A stretch of 42,072 bases of DNA from Callorhinchus milii (lineage: Eukaryota): positions 1 to 42,072 of the forward strand of contig NW_024705472.1 in NCBI RefSeq assembly GCF_018977255.1, in the 5' to 3' direction. The translations under genes were made by a program, and so were the position numbers. Of the stretch, positions 12,670-24,416 are shown one piece after another. The notes beneath the pieces were generated by a model. That model did not search any database, was not told the origin of the DNA, and worked only from the letters and a program-made list of their open reading frames with translations. Positions within the stretch are counted from its first letter, which is position 1. Each line of letters starts with the position of its first letter.

Positions 12670-12890
12670 ACTTAACCTGAGTGCCAGGGAGAGTGGACGT
12701 GAGTATTGCCTTAGAAATCAGCAGTATTTGTCTTTCAGCACATTTTTGCTTAAAACCATCGAGCAATGTCACGTGTATTTGTTCTGTATATTCGCAGACC
12801 TTTGACACAATTTCCTGGGAATGTTCTCGGCAAGAGACTTTGTTTTGATTTAATTCGCATTTCCCTCCGACGCATCGTTTGGTAGATCCA
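12670..12890 (+). mobile_element. Possible decayed LINE reverse-transcriptase fragment; paralogue at about 31680-31900 (-)
   Basis: One frame reads TFDTISWECSRQ, reminiscent of the RT 'AFD.v.r..lw' motif. Stops and frameshifts elsewhere. Confidence 0.3.
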
Positions 12891-13185
12891 GAGTGGGACG
12901 ACAGACAGACGCGAATGATACGCATAAAGATGTATTTAATTTCCCCCAGATAGACACTCAGCAACGTGTAGCTACAGACAGAAGTAATTCATATACTATC
13001 CTTGCCTATGATATATTCCCCGTATGTCCCATTTTCATTCTCCCTGTGCTTCATATGTTCACGAGCTCCCAATGTATGTGTCGCCCACTTCCATGTACAT
13101 AATCTAGGTATGGTAACAATCATTGCCTGTACACCACATTGTGTCGTTACCTAACGTGTGACTCAACTCGGCACTGTCTCTGTAG

Positions 13186-13419
13186 GAGTCTGTGCGTGGG
13201 ATCAAGGCGCGGATCAGCCGAGAGTTTGAGCGCCGGAGGGAGCAGCTGAAGGAGGAGGAGAGGGAGGCGCTGGAGCGCGTGGACGAGGAGGGCCGCTCCG
13301 CGCTGTCCCGCATCCAGGCGGACATCGCTCGCTACGAGAGCAGAGCACGCGGCCTGGAGCAGGAGATCAACCAGCTGCTCGCCGCCCTCGCCGTGCAGGA
13401 CCCGCTCTCCTTCCTGCAG
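13186..13419 (+). CDS. TRIM copy B exon 3 (234 nt, coiled coil)
   Basis: tgtag|GAGTCTGTG...CTGCAG|gtggca. Five amino-acid differences from copy C over 78 aa. Confidence 0.88.
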
Positions 13420-13445
13420 GTGGCACCACCTCCATTCACTCGCCG

Positions 13446-13745
13446 TGGTGGTTAGGAGATGTTAACTACCTCGCCTGGTGTGCAGGAGGTCGTGGGTTCG
13501 ATAACAACCCTGACGTCTGCTGTATATTTGGAGTTTGCATCTCTCTCTCTCCTCGTGCATGCGTGGATTTTTTCCCGGTCCTCCGTTTTTTCCCTCCACA
13601 TTTATAATAAACATCACACATTCAAAGAATTAGGCAGCCACTATAAATTCCCACGTGATAAGCCACGGAGTTGAGCTGTCATTTGTGATAGCCAGGTTGC
13701 TTCTGAAAAAGAGCGACAAAGCTCAGTGGAATTTACCTGCTAAAT
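13446..13745 (+). mobile_element. tRNA-derived SINE, V-SINE-like, near full length
   Basis: A-box-like GTGGTTAG and B-box-like GGGTTCGAT. Central GGAGTTTGCAT..GCGTGGATTTTTTCCCGGTCCTCCG..CCTCCACA resembles the V-domain. Many dispersed copies in the window. Confidence 0.75.
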
Positions 13746-14002
13746 ATTTTTTAAAGTTAACTTTATTCAGAGTTCAACACATCAATTGTTGTAGTGAGAA
13801 CATTACTTGTTATTAAACCACTCATGTAGGTGCTGGACTAAACCTGTAAATATTGGTTTTGTCTTTTTATCCATTCTAAGTGTGCAGGTATTTGCTAATT
13901 CTCTGATGTCGCACTCTGCTGTAAATAGCAGGCGACTGTGTGGATGCAGGGCATCTGTTTATGATGTCAATGTTAATGTGAAATGCGGGTTTGTGTTTTC
14001 CA

Positions 14003-14025
14003 GGATCCCCTGCATGAGAGTCTCA
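14003..14025 (+). CDS. TRIM copy B exon 4 (23 nt)
   Basis: ttccag|GATCCCCTGCATGAGAGTCTCAG|gtcagt. Confidence 0.78.
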
Positions 14026-14061
14026 GGTCAGTACCAACCCAGACTCAAACTCGAGCTCTGT

Positions 14062-14076
14062 CTGCCACCTGGTGGA
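14062..14076 (-). promoter_or_regulatory. CTCF-like motif CCACCAGGTGGCAG in intron 4; paralogue CCAGCAGGTGGCAG at 29643-29656 (+)
   Basis: Matches the CCASYAGRKGGCRS consensus in both copies. Motif match only. Confidence 0.4.
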
Positions 14077-14157
14077 CAAATCAGCGAACGGTCGTGATGT
14101 GAATCCAAATAAACCCCATTATGCAATTGTATCCCATACAGTCTATTGCATCCAGTA

Positions 14158-15120
14158 CAGGCAGTCATCGGGTTACGCACGTAATTTGTTCCTGAGACTC
14201 GTTCGTAAGTCGAACGGTTCGTAAATCGGAGAATAATAATGCACCGTATTTAAATGCCGACACGGTTATAAAATGTGTTACGGTTCAACAAGAGGGAAGC
14301 ATTGTTAAGCTCATAATAAAGAAGAAATGTTTAACATTTGCATCTAACAATTAAAAAAAAAATACTGTATAGTAAATCAAACATAAAATAACATGAATAG
14401 AAAAAAATATGTTATTTATGTTCACTTACATTGATGCTAGCCTGTAGTCGGAAGGGTGGCAATGAGTCACCATAACAAACGGGGCACGCATGCACACACA
14501 AAGACAAAGACACCCCAACGACAACAATCCCCCGTGTAGCCTTAACAGGCTGTTTGGGGCAAATATTCTCAGAGAGCAGCGCCTAAGATGGCCGCCACTG
14601 TGGCACACGACGGGGTGGGTGGCCAGCGTCACGGCCCGCTGCTTTTGTCTCTCCAGTGGTGATGTTCACACCCCACACCAGGTACTGGTGTTGGCTGTGA
14701 GCAAGAAACGAACTCAGGTTGCCGCGTTCGTAGCACAGTGCACTCACCGCTACACTACCGCTCCCCACATCAATACCAATACCCGCCATTCACCACTAAG
14801 TGATGGTGACGTTACCATGGCGCCTGTGCCAGGCCAGGTGCACTTTGAGGCCACGAGAAATGTGGAAGGCTCGCTGACACGAGGTCTCGGGACAGACACC
14901 CCACACTTTCACACACACACACACACAATGTCCGTACACATGCAAACACTCCCAGAACGAGGCCGACTCATTACATCCCGCAGAGGATCGCTCCTCTGAA
15001 CAAAATAGTTATGCGGTTCAGTTTGCAACTGGGAGTTTGCACTTTCAATCAATTTTATTTTTTAATATTCAATGGAAGCTGGTTTGTAAGTACCGGCGTT
15101 CGCAAGTCGTGGGCTGCCTG
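14158..15120. mobile_element. Non-autonomous Tigger/pogo-like (Tc1/mariner) DNA transposon in TRIM B intron 4
   Basis: TA|CAGGCAGTCATCGGGTTACG ... CGCAAGTCGTGGGCTGCCTG|TA: imperfect TIRs with TA TSD. Absent from copy C intron 4. Confidence 0.7.
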
Positions 15121-15237
15121 TAATGTCCATGTGTAGAGAGACATGAACCCTCATTAGACTCTGTGTGTCCTGTGCTGTGTGTAGAGAGACATTGACCCTC
15201 AGTAGACTCTGTGTGTGTTCCTGTGCTGTGAGTGTAG

Positions 15238-15353
15238 GAGGAGCTCCATCTCCCAGGAGACTCAGGATGACCCAGCCCCCGTCTCCCACGGTCTGAACCT
15301 CGGAAAATTCATCTCGGTGGGCGGCGTCCAAACTAAACTTCTGCCTTTTCTCG
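15238..15353 (+). CDS. TRIM copy B exon 5 (116 nt, linker)
   Basis: tgtag|GAGGAGCTCC...TTTCTCG|gtacgt. Open frame with phases 2/1. RSSISQETQDDPAPVSHGLNLGKFISVGGVQTKLLPFL aligns to copy C exon 5 (SQ..QD.P.P, IS.GGV.T). Confidence 0.7.
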
Positions 15354-15751
15354 GTACGTCGCTTTGCCACGACGATCTTCGTTAGACTCCATTACAGACT
15401 CTGCATTGTCGACAAATCCAACCTATTTTGAGGGCGTCCTTTATTTCACCAGGCTTGAGTGCATTAATGCAGCGTGACCCCTTGGCAAGGGAGACCTGCA
15501 TACATTCAGGTCATGAAACGGGCACCCAGGTACTGGGTGAAATATTGTCAACAACACAAAGGGTAAATTATTGACTGGGTCTCAGAGTTTCAGTGCAAGA
15601 TCCGGTTTTTCCCCTCCACATTTAGAAATCTGCCTTTAGGGTATTTGTCTGCTATTCATTTCCAAGTGAAAAGCCACTTCGATGAGCAATCAGTATGTGT
15701 GGCCAGGTCGCTTCTACGCAGTGCAGTGTGCATACCACTACGTTACCACTC

Positions 15752-15992
15752 CTCACACCCACTCATTCACCCACTCACCTACTCACTCACCCACTCATTC
15801 ACCCACTCACTAACCTACGCACACCCCGACTCACCTACTCATTCACCTACTCACTCACCCACTCATTCACCTATTCACTCACCCACTCATTCACCTACTC
15901 ACTCACCCACTCATTCACCCACCCACTCATTCACCCACTCATTCACCCACTCATTCACATACCTAAACCCCCACTCATTCACCCACTACCCA
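15752..15992 (+). repeat. (CACTCATTCACC)n-like low-complexity repeat
   Basis: Direct reading. Confidence 0.85.
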
Positions 15993-16827
15993 CTATTTTA
16001 TATGTTTAACGGTTATTATACACACCGAGGGAGCGGTGGGACAGCGTCTGACGCGCTGCACAACGTGGGGTCGATTTCTGGCTAAGCAGCGTTGAGCTTG
16101 GCTAGTGCTGGGTGACAACCATGCATAGCAGGTGCTATAGGCTGCGGGGCTCTCTGACCCACCTATTTAACCAATTTTTATTTGACCAGGTGCAGGGCCC
16201 CACTGAGCTAAGTAGCTCCTGTTCAGAAGCGAGCTGGCCGTCACAAATGATAGCGCAACCAAATGGATGACATCATCATCGTCATCACGTGGACATTTAT
16301 ATCAGCAGTCAAAAATACATAGAGACCCATATAGATACATTGAGACCCATATAGATGCTAGACCCATAGTCACACAGCGAGAACCGTAAAGATACAAAGG
16401 GACTAATAGAGATACATGGAGACCCATAGACTGAACTTATTTTATTAAACCAGACAATACGCCACTGAGCTGTCTAGCTCTTGTCCAGAAGCGACCTGGC
16501 CACCACACACGACAGCTCAACCAAGTGGCTGATATCGTCACCGTGCGGACATTCATAGCGGCAGGCAAATAGTCGCTGCAAGTGGAAGGAAAAACCGGAG
16601 GCAGAACTTTGGGCATCGAAATTTATTTAAATAAATAAAAGTTTACTGTTGGTGAAGGGGTGGGCAGCAGAGGGCAGCGCAGCGTGAACCATTGTTGTAC
16701 TGCACCTCTACGCTTCTACATTCACGATCCCCACCATCGCCAACGGCACCGACGAGAGCGTTGAAGTATGGTCAAATAACCCCCCCAGGGCGCGCACGGC
16801 GCGATGAGGCGCTCATCCAGCAGCAGA

Positions 16828-17475
16828 GTGTCACACAATGTCTGTGTGGGGGTGTGAGTGTGCGAGGCTGTGACACACAATGTCTGTGTGGGGGTGTGAG
16901 AGTGTGCGAGGCTGTGACACACAATGTCTGTGTGTGGATGTGAGAGTGTGCGAGGCTGTGACACACAATGTCTGTGTGTGGATGTGAGAGTGTGCGAGGC
17001 TGTGACACACAATGTGTGTGTGTGGGTGTGAGAGTGTGCGAGGCTGTGACACACAATGTGTGTGTGTGGATGTGAGAGTGTGCGAGGCTGTGACACACAA
17101 TGTGTGTGTGTGGATGTGAGAGTGTGCGAGGCTGTGACACACGATGTCTGTGTGTGGATGTGAGAGTGTGCGAGGCTGTGACACACGATGTCTGTGTGTG
17201 GATGTGAGAGTGTGCGAGGCTGTGACACACGATGTCTGTGTGTGGATGTGAGAGTGTGCGAGGCTGTGACACACAATGTCTGTGTGTGGATGTGAGAGTG
17301 TGCGAGGCTGTGACACACGATGTCTGTGTGTGGATGTGAGAGTGTGCGAGGCTGTGACACACGATGTGTGTGTGTGGGTGTGAGAGTGTGCGAGGCTGTG
17401 TCACACAATGTCTGTGTGTGGATGTGAGAGTGTGCGAGGCTGTGACACACAATGTCTGTGTGTGGATGTGAGAGT
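16828..17475 (+). repeat. 44-bp GT-rich minisatellite, about 15 units, TRIM B last intron
   Basis: Same unit as 390-1562. Confidence 0.95.
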
Positions 17476-17534
17476 GGCGTTTATGTCGTGGTGCTGGCAT
17501 CATCACCGCTTTTCACTAACACTGCACACACACA

Positions 17535-19343
17535 CGAATATTAGTATATGAACACTAATACTAACGAATATTAGTATGTGTACACTAATACTAACGAATA
17601 TTAGTATATGTACGCTAATACTAACGAATATTAGTATGTGTACACTAACACTAACGAATATTAGTTTGTGTACACTAATACTAACGAATATTAGTGTGTG
17701 TACACTAATACTAACGAATATTAGTATATGTACACTAATACTAACGAATATTAGTATATGTACACTAATACTAACGAATATTAGTATATGTACACTAATA
17801 CTAACGAATATTAGTATGTGTACACTAATACTAACGAATATTAGTATATGTACACTAATACTAACGAATATTAGTATGTGTACACTAATACTAACGAATA
17901 TTAGTATGTGTACACTAATACTAACGAATATTAGTTTGTGTACACTAATACTAACGAATATTAGTATGTGTACACTAATACTAACGAATATTAGTATGTG
18001 TACACTAATACTAACGAATATTAGTGTGTGTACACTAATACTAACGAATATTAATTTGTGTACACTAATACTAACGAATATTAGTTTGTGTACACTAATA
18101 CTAACGAATATTAGTATATGTACACTAATACTAACGAATATTAGTATGTGTACACTAACACTAACTAATATTAGTGTGTGTACACTAATACTAACGAATA
18201 TTAGTTTGTGTACACTAATACTAACGAATATTAGTGTGTGTACACTAATACTAACGAATATTAGTATGTGTACACTAATACTAACGAATATTAGTATGTG
18301 TACACTAATACTAACTAATATTAGTATGTATACACTAAACTAACGAATATTAGTATGTGTACACTAATACTAACGAATATTAGTTTGTGTACACTAATAC
18401 TAACTAATATTAGTTTGTGTACACTAATACTAACTAATATTAGTATGTGTACACTAATACTAACGAATATTAGTATGTGTACACTAATACTAACGAATAT
18501 TAGTATGTGTACACTAATACTAACGAATATTAGTATGTGTACACTAATACTAACGAATATTAGTATGTGTACACTAATACTAACGAATATTAGTAAGTGT
18601 ACACTAATACTAACGAATATTAGTATGTGTACACTAATACTAACGAATATTAGTATGTGTACACTAATACTAACGAATATTAGTTTGTGTACACTAATAC
18701 TAACGAATATTTATTTGTGTACACTAATACTAACGAATATTAGTTTGTGTACACTAATACTAACGAATATTAGTGTGTGTACACTAATACTAACGAATAT
18801 TAGTTGTGTACACTAACACTAACTAATATTAGTATGTGTACACTAATACTAACGAATATTAGTATGTGTACACTAATACTAACGAATATTAGTTTGTGTA
18901 CACTAATACTAACGAATATTAGTATGTGTACACTAATACTAACGAATATTAGTATACTAACGAATATTAGTTTGTGTACACTAATACTAACGAATATTAG
19001 TGTGTGTACACTAATACTAACGAATATTAGTATGTGTACACTAATACTAACTAATATTAGTATGTGTACACTAATACTAACTAATATTAGTTTGTGTACA
19101 CTAATACTAACTAATATTAGTATGTGTACACTAATACTAATATTAGTATGTGTACACTAATACTAACGAATATTAGTATGTGTACACTAATACTAACGAA
19201 TATTAGTATGTGTACACTAATACTAACGAATATTAGTGTGTGTACACTAATACTAACTAATATTAGTATGTGTACACTAATACTAACTAATATTAGTATG
19301 TGTACACTAATACTAACTAATATTAGTATGTGTACACTAATAC
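17535..19343 (+). repeat. 30-bp TACTAAC minisatellite, about 60 units, TRIM B last intron
   Basis: Same unit as 1620-4215. Confidence 0.95.
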
Positions 19344-19352
19344 TCACCACAG

Positions 19353-19908
19353 ATGGACGCTCACCGACTCTGGACACAAACTCAGCCCACGACCGCCTCC
19401 AGATTTCCTCGGATCTCAGGACGATGACGCTGAGCGGTGTCCCCAGGGTCGCCCCCATCACCCACACCGCTTTGATGTCTGGCCACAAGCCCTGTGCTCT
19501 GAGAGCTTCTCGTCGGGTCAGCACTACTGGGAGGTGGACGTGGGGAGCGCGAGGCTGTGTCGGGTTGGAGTCGCGTACGGGACGATCCCACGGAGAGGGA
19601 CTGGTGCTGAGTGCGGCCTGGGAGGGAGCGACGTCTCCTGGTGTCTACAGAAACAAGGCGACAGCTTCTCAGTGCGGCATGGCGGGGTAGAGACGTCACT
19701 GTCGGTGCCGCAGCCTCCGCGGAGAGTCGGGGTCCACCTGGACTGGGACGCGGGGCTGCTGTCGTTTTACAGCGCCGACTCCATGGCGCTGTTACACTCG
19801 TTTAATAAAACTTTCACTCAGCCCCTACACCCTGGGCTGTGGGTGGGGTGGAGGTGGGGTGGTGTTGGTGACTCAGTGAGGATTGTGGATCTGAGTGGTG
19901 CGTCCTGA
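19353..19908 (+). CDS. TRIM copy B exon 6: PRY/SPRY (one 1-nt deletion in the C-run near 19441)
   Basis: PTLDTNSAH..GQHYWEVDV..VGVHLDWDAGLLSFY motifs are split between ORFs 19124-19690 and 19330-19908. Confidence 0.87.
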
Positions 19909-20749
19909 GAGAGGTGAACGTGAACAGCGCAGAGGGCAGACGCCACCACGACGCACGGCGCTCGCCACCCTCGTCACCGCCACGCGCAGCGCCACGCCCG
20001 TGACTGGCTGGTGGCTGTCGGTGGCTAGGGGCTGCGTGGCTCTCCATCACAACGGGGGGGCTGAGCGTAAACAATCCTCACAACCTTCATAGGAGGGGGG
20101 GGTGATAAAATAGGTACCGCTCTGTGTGTGTGTGAAGCCAACGTGGATGTATTCACCCTGCCAGAGGAGTGTGACTGTGGTGTAGGGTGCAGTGATTAGC
20201 AATGGTGAACTGGGATGTGTTTATACACTGGTGGTGTCATGGGTTGTGGGAGAGATACAACAATATTATATTCTTTACGTTCTTTCGGTAAAGTCACGTA
20301 GATAGAAAAAAAAGATATGAAAAATGTAATAATAAACATTAAATACAAATGTAAAATGTGAAACCAAAAATTCATGACGTTTTGATCGCAACACACGCGG
20401 CCGTCATCAGTCAAGAAAAGTTTTACGTCAAAACAATAATATTATTGATTTTTAAAAGTATAAATGTACGCGTACGACTGTGGCAATGTAACGCTTGTAT
20501 CATCGATTCTACAATAAAAATACAGAACACAACAACAACAACAATGTAGTTGTGTACAGCGTCATTCGTGCTCACTGCATCCCGCAACGCCGTTCATTAA
20601 TTAAACACGAGGACCAAATCCTCTACACAGCCACTGCCAAGCAAATTAAATCTACAAATTAATAAACAAATAAAGAGACGGCGCCAAACACAAAAGGCGC
20701 CAACAATGTCCGAGCTGTTCAAGTTGTCTGCTGCTGCTGCGTCATGGAC

Positions 20750-21345
20750 GTGGTGACGTCACTACGCACGCTCCCACAACGCAGTGACGTCACCACGCAC
20801 GCTCCCACAACGTGGTGATGTCACCACGCACGCTCCCTCAACGCGCTGACGTCATCACGTCACCTCTCCCCCCACCCCCCTCACGCCCGCCCCTCACCAC
20901 TGCACCATCTGTGAACACAAAGAGCTTCACAGCTCATCGGATTCCTCCTGCACCACAAACACAGATTCTGACGTTCTGGATTCCCGCTACTGGGGGAGTC
21001 CCGCGCTGTGACGTCACCACGTCAACGCGCTGTGACGTCACCACGTCACCGCGTTGGCGACAACAAAAACAATCAGAGGCCCTGAGGGGCACCCTGCAGC
21101 CTCGCTGCTGTGACCCAGCACTGTGGGGGGGGGGGGGGTTGGTGACGTCACCTCGCTGCTGTGACCCAGCACTGTGGGGGGGGGGTTGGTGACGTCACCT
21201 CGCTGCTGTGACCCAGCACTGTGGGGGGGGGGGGTTGGTGACGTCACCTCGCTGCTGTGACCCAGCACTGTGGGGGGGGGTTGGTGACGTCACCTCGCTG
21301 CTGTGACCCAGCACTGTGGGGGGGCGGCGGTTGGTGACGTCACCG
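20750..21345 (+). repeat. CRE-palindrome repeat cluster, copy B flank (five ~50-bp units)
   Basis: Paralogous to 5598-6270. Confidence 0.9.
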
Positions 21346-22994
21346 CTGACGCTACTGGGAACTTCCCGCGATGGCGCCACGTGACCACGTGGTGCTCGTC
21401 AGGAGAAAGTGGTAGAGCAGCAACAACAACCACCACAACCACAACAACCACCACTACGACAACCACCACAACAACAACCACCACAACCACCACCACAACA
21501 ACCACAACAATTACCAGTACAACAACAACCACCACCAAAATCACCACCACAACAACAGCCACCAGGGGGAGGGGTAGAGGTGGGGGGGAGGGTTTCTGGG
21601 GGGGGGCTTGGGGGTTGTCACGTGATAGGAGGGACCCCAAGGGGGTGGGGGAGATGGGGATGTTGGGGGTCACGTGGGGCTCATTGTCTCACTGCCGGCA
21701 CTGCTCCAGAGTTGCGGACCGAGTCACGAATCGCGACCGATTCCCAGACGCCGTTTGGGTCCCTGCGCTGCCTGGAGCGGTGTTGGTGCGCGCCACGCGA
21801 GGGCGCTGCCACTCCACCGCAGGGATTCGCGGGGCGCGCTGAACAATGAAAGTGCACGGGAGATTTCACAAGAGGCTGTGGCCAAATTAATCCGGAATGT
21901 CACCGATTTTTGTTTACAGATCTCGGAAGCTGCGCAAGGTTGAGCCTGGACTGTGGCGCTGGGATTGGTGAGCGGCGTGCACGTCGGAGTGCGGTGTGCA
22001 GATTACGCGTTGTGCCTCTCTCCGATGCGCTTTCAGGTTCTGCCCCTTGTTGATCAGCGCGATGTCTGTGACGTTCCCTCCACGTGCTGGGAGCATCGTC
22101 AAGATTTGAAGCTTCTTCAGTTGAAAGCTGGAAATGTGAGGAGCATTGACAGCTTTCATTCTTCGTCACGGTGGCGCTGAGATTCCAATTATAATTGTCA
22201 AGTCATTTAATTAGCTTCAGGATATTCCTCAAGCCATGGGTAAGGTTTTACATATTTGTTCGAGTAACGAGACATTTACTGGACATGAAGGGACTTGCAT
22301 TTGTCCTCTGCAATCGATCTTCAGTCTGCGTGCCAACATCGCCCTCACTAAAGTGGGCATCGATGCACATCACAGCAGCACGGGAACGCTACCGGGGCCA
22401 CAGAGCAACAGGAACGGAACAAAAGAAACCCGTCACGACCTCAGCGGCGACCACCGACTGAGCAAAGTCCATTTGCAGCCGCGTGCAACAAATAGCAGAA
22501 GAACATTAAGTAACAAATAAAGTGAATAATAAGTAAAGAAAATGAATAACAAGTTAAGGAAAAAAAATTAACATTTATAAGATGAATGAATAATAAAATG
22601 AAAAAATTATATATATAAAAAATTGATAAGTTACATGAATTAACAAATTTAAATAAAATAACATAACAAATAAATTTTTGTTTTCATAATTTTAATAAAG
22701 TTAATTATGTATGAATAATAAATTAATAATGGAATGAATAATTTTAATGAACGTAATAATTTAGATAAATAATATTAGAAAGTAATATTTATGAAATATG
22801 TAATCATTTAAATAAAATAAATTACACATGAATAACAAATGAATAATAAAATAAACTACAAGCAAATTAAAAGAATCATAAAACACCGGTCCCCCCTCCG
22901 CCTTGTTAAATGGTGGCTGTTAGGGGCAGGCGAGTGTGAGTAGCTGCGTCTTGTACAGAGCACGGAGTTGAGAGACACTGGGCGGTTTGGATGA

Positions 22995-23535
22995 ATAAAT
23001 ACATCTTAATATCTCATCATCCCGTGCTAAACGTGAATATTTAAAACAAAAACGCTTCTCCTATCCGAATCAGCCACTGCAGTCATCTCGACCAAGACGC
23101 GGAACCAACTCGGATCGCGACAAACGATCAACCCGAAGGCAGCCATTTTGTACGTTTTAACCATTAACACTTTTAAAAACACGTTAAATTGAACAATCTA
23201 CACGAACAACTGCCTCTATTTATATTTTCGTACCATTCAGAACGTTGTAACCGCATTCCGATCGCTATATGCGCATTAATTTACCTCAGAATTTCCAGAA
23301 CAAAGTTATCAAAGCTCGTTAATTGTAAATAAATAAGCGAATGCAACAAAATAGAGTCTGCGACGCCATTTTGTATTTACACTTTTGGCGCCAAAAAAAT
23401 GAAGCGGCGAATGAGGCAACGTTGAAGACTTTAAATCGTTGGCGGAGTTTGACTTTCATATTTGTCCCTCAAATTAGGAATCGCGGGAGTATTTAATTTA
23501 TTTTTAGTTGTAAATCATGAAAATAAATTAATAAA
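22995..23535 (+). repeat. ~500-bp repeat, left copy; inverted partner at 35953-36465
   Basis: For example TGCAGTCATCTCGACCAAGACGC and TTTTGGCGCCAAAAAAATGAAGCGGCGAATGAGGCAACGTTGAAGAC recur reverse-complemented. Confidence 0.85.
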
Positions 23536-24416
23536 TGTGCCCAGTTTTTTTTTTTGGGGGGGGGGGGCGTTGTCCCCCCGTGCCCCCTCCTCTCCCCCCT
23601 TCCCACACAAACTGGGCCCACGCTGAAAGTGAACTTCTCGCACCGTCACCGCTGGCCAAGAGACACCGCATCGACCCAAACGGCCACAGACCAGCACCAC
23701 TAAGACCACCAACACCACTACCATCACCACGAACACCACTACCACCACCACCACCCCGCTCCATGCCCACCAACGGAGTACTGTACACTATATATTTATA
23801 CTTGTGTCTCTGTATAAAGCCCTCTGTGTCCTGTCTGTACATGACCACTGTACACGGCCACCACCAGCAGCAGCAGTGTTGGCAATGAGCTAAACCGGCC
23901 CTGGGCCTCCCCTAGGTCGACTCGGCACCAAAGGCATCCTGCCTGGCGCGCTGTGCGGTGAACATCGCTGCTGGGCAGAGGCGAAGCCAGGCGGCTGTGG
24001 TGCTGACAGCCACCAACTCGTGAGCCGTCACGGCCTCCCAAGGCACTGCTGCCACTCGCTCGCGGAACTTGTCCACACCATCTACTGAGGCTATACGGCG
24101 GAATTTGTGTGTAATCTGTTTGTCTAGTCTGTGTCGGTGTGTGTAGTACTGTACATGCCTCTTGTGTCGTCTGTGTGTAGGACTGTACGTAATTCTGCGT
24201 GTCTGTAGTCTGTGAGTCTCTGTGTATGATGTGTGTGTCTCTAGTCTGTGTGTATATCGGTGTAGTGTGTGTGTCTCTTTAGTCTGTGTATAGTAATGTC
24301 GATGTTTCTCTGCGTTTCTAGTATGTGTTTGTCTCTGTGTGCAGGGAGTAGGCTGTATCGAGCGATTACAGGGTAGAGAGTCGTCTGTGTGTGTGTGGGA
24401 GTTCCCAGCAGCGTCA

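Larger units (their letters stand above)
10632..19908 (+). pseudogene. TRIM copy B, six exons (10632-11186, 11858-11952, 13186-13419, 14003-14025, 15238-15353, 19353-19908), frameshifted as assembled
   Basis: Paralogue of copy C with splice sites retained. It has five single-base deletions relative to C: three in exon 1, one in exon 2, one in exon 6. Four of the five fall in short homopolymers, so this may be an intact gene with assembly errors. Confidence 0.55.
16667..22600 (+). repeat. Direct segmental duplication of about 240-7830 (last intron, PRY/SPRY exon, 3' flank)
   Basis: Collinear near-identity of unique sequence, differing mainly in satellite copy number and the 7117 insertion. 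Confidence 0.9.

Noticed and set aside
13446..13520. tRNA gene
   Set aside because: The A/B boxes belong to a SINE head. There is no complete cloverleaf, and the sequence continues into the SINE body in many copies.
17576..19160. (MCTLILTNIS)n ORFs as independent genes
   Set aside because: A by-product of a 30-bp intronic satellite, with the frame repeatedly broken by unit indels.
21303..21849. Poly-Thr or Gln/Pro-rich protein ORFs (also 6231-6518)
   Set aside because: They derive from a trinucleotide microsatellite, and frames are not conserved between the two paralogous copies.
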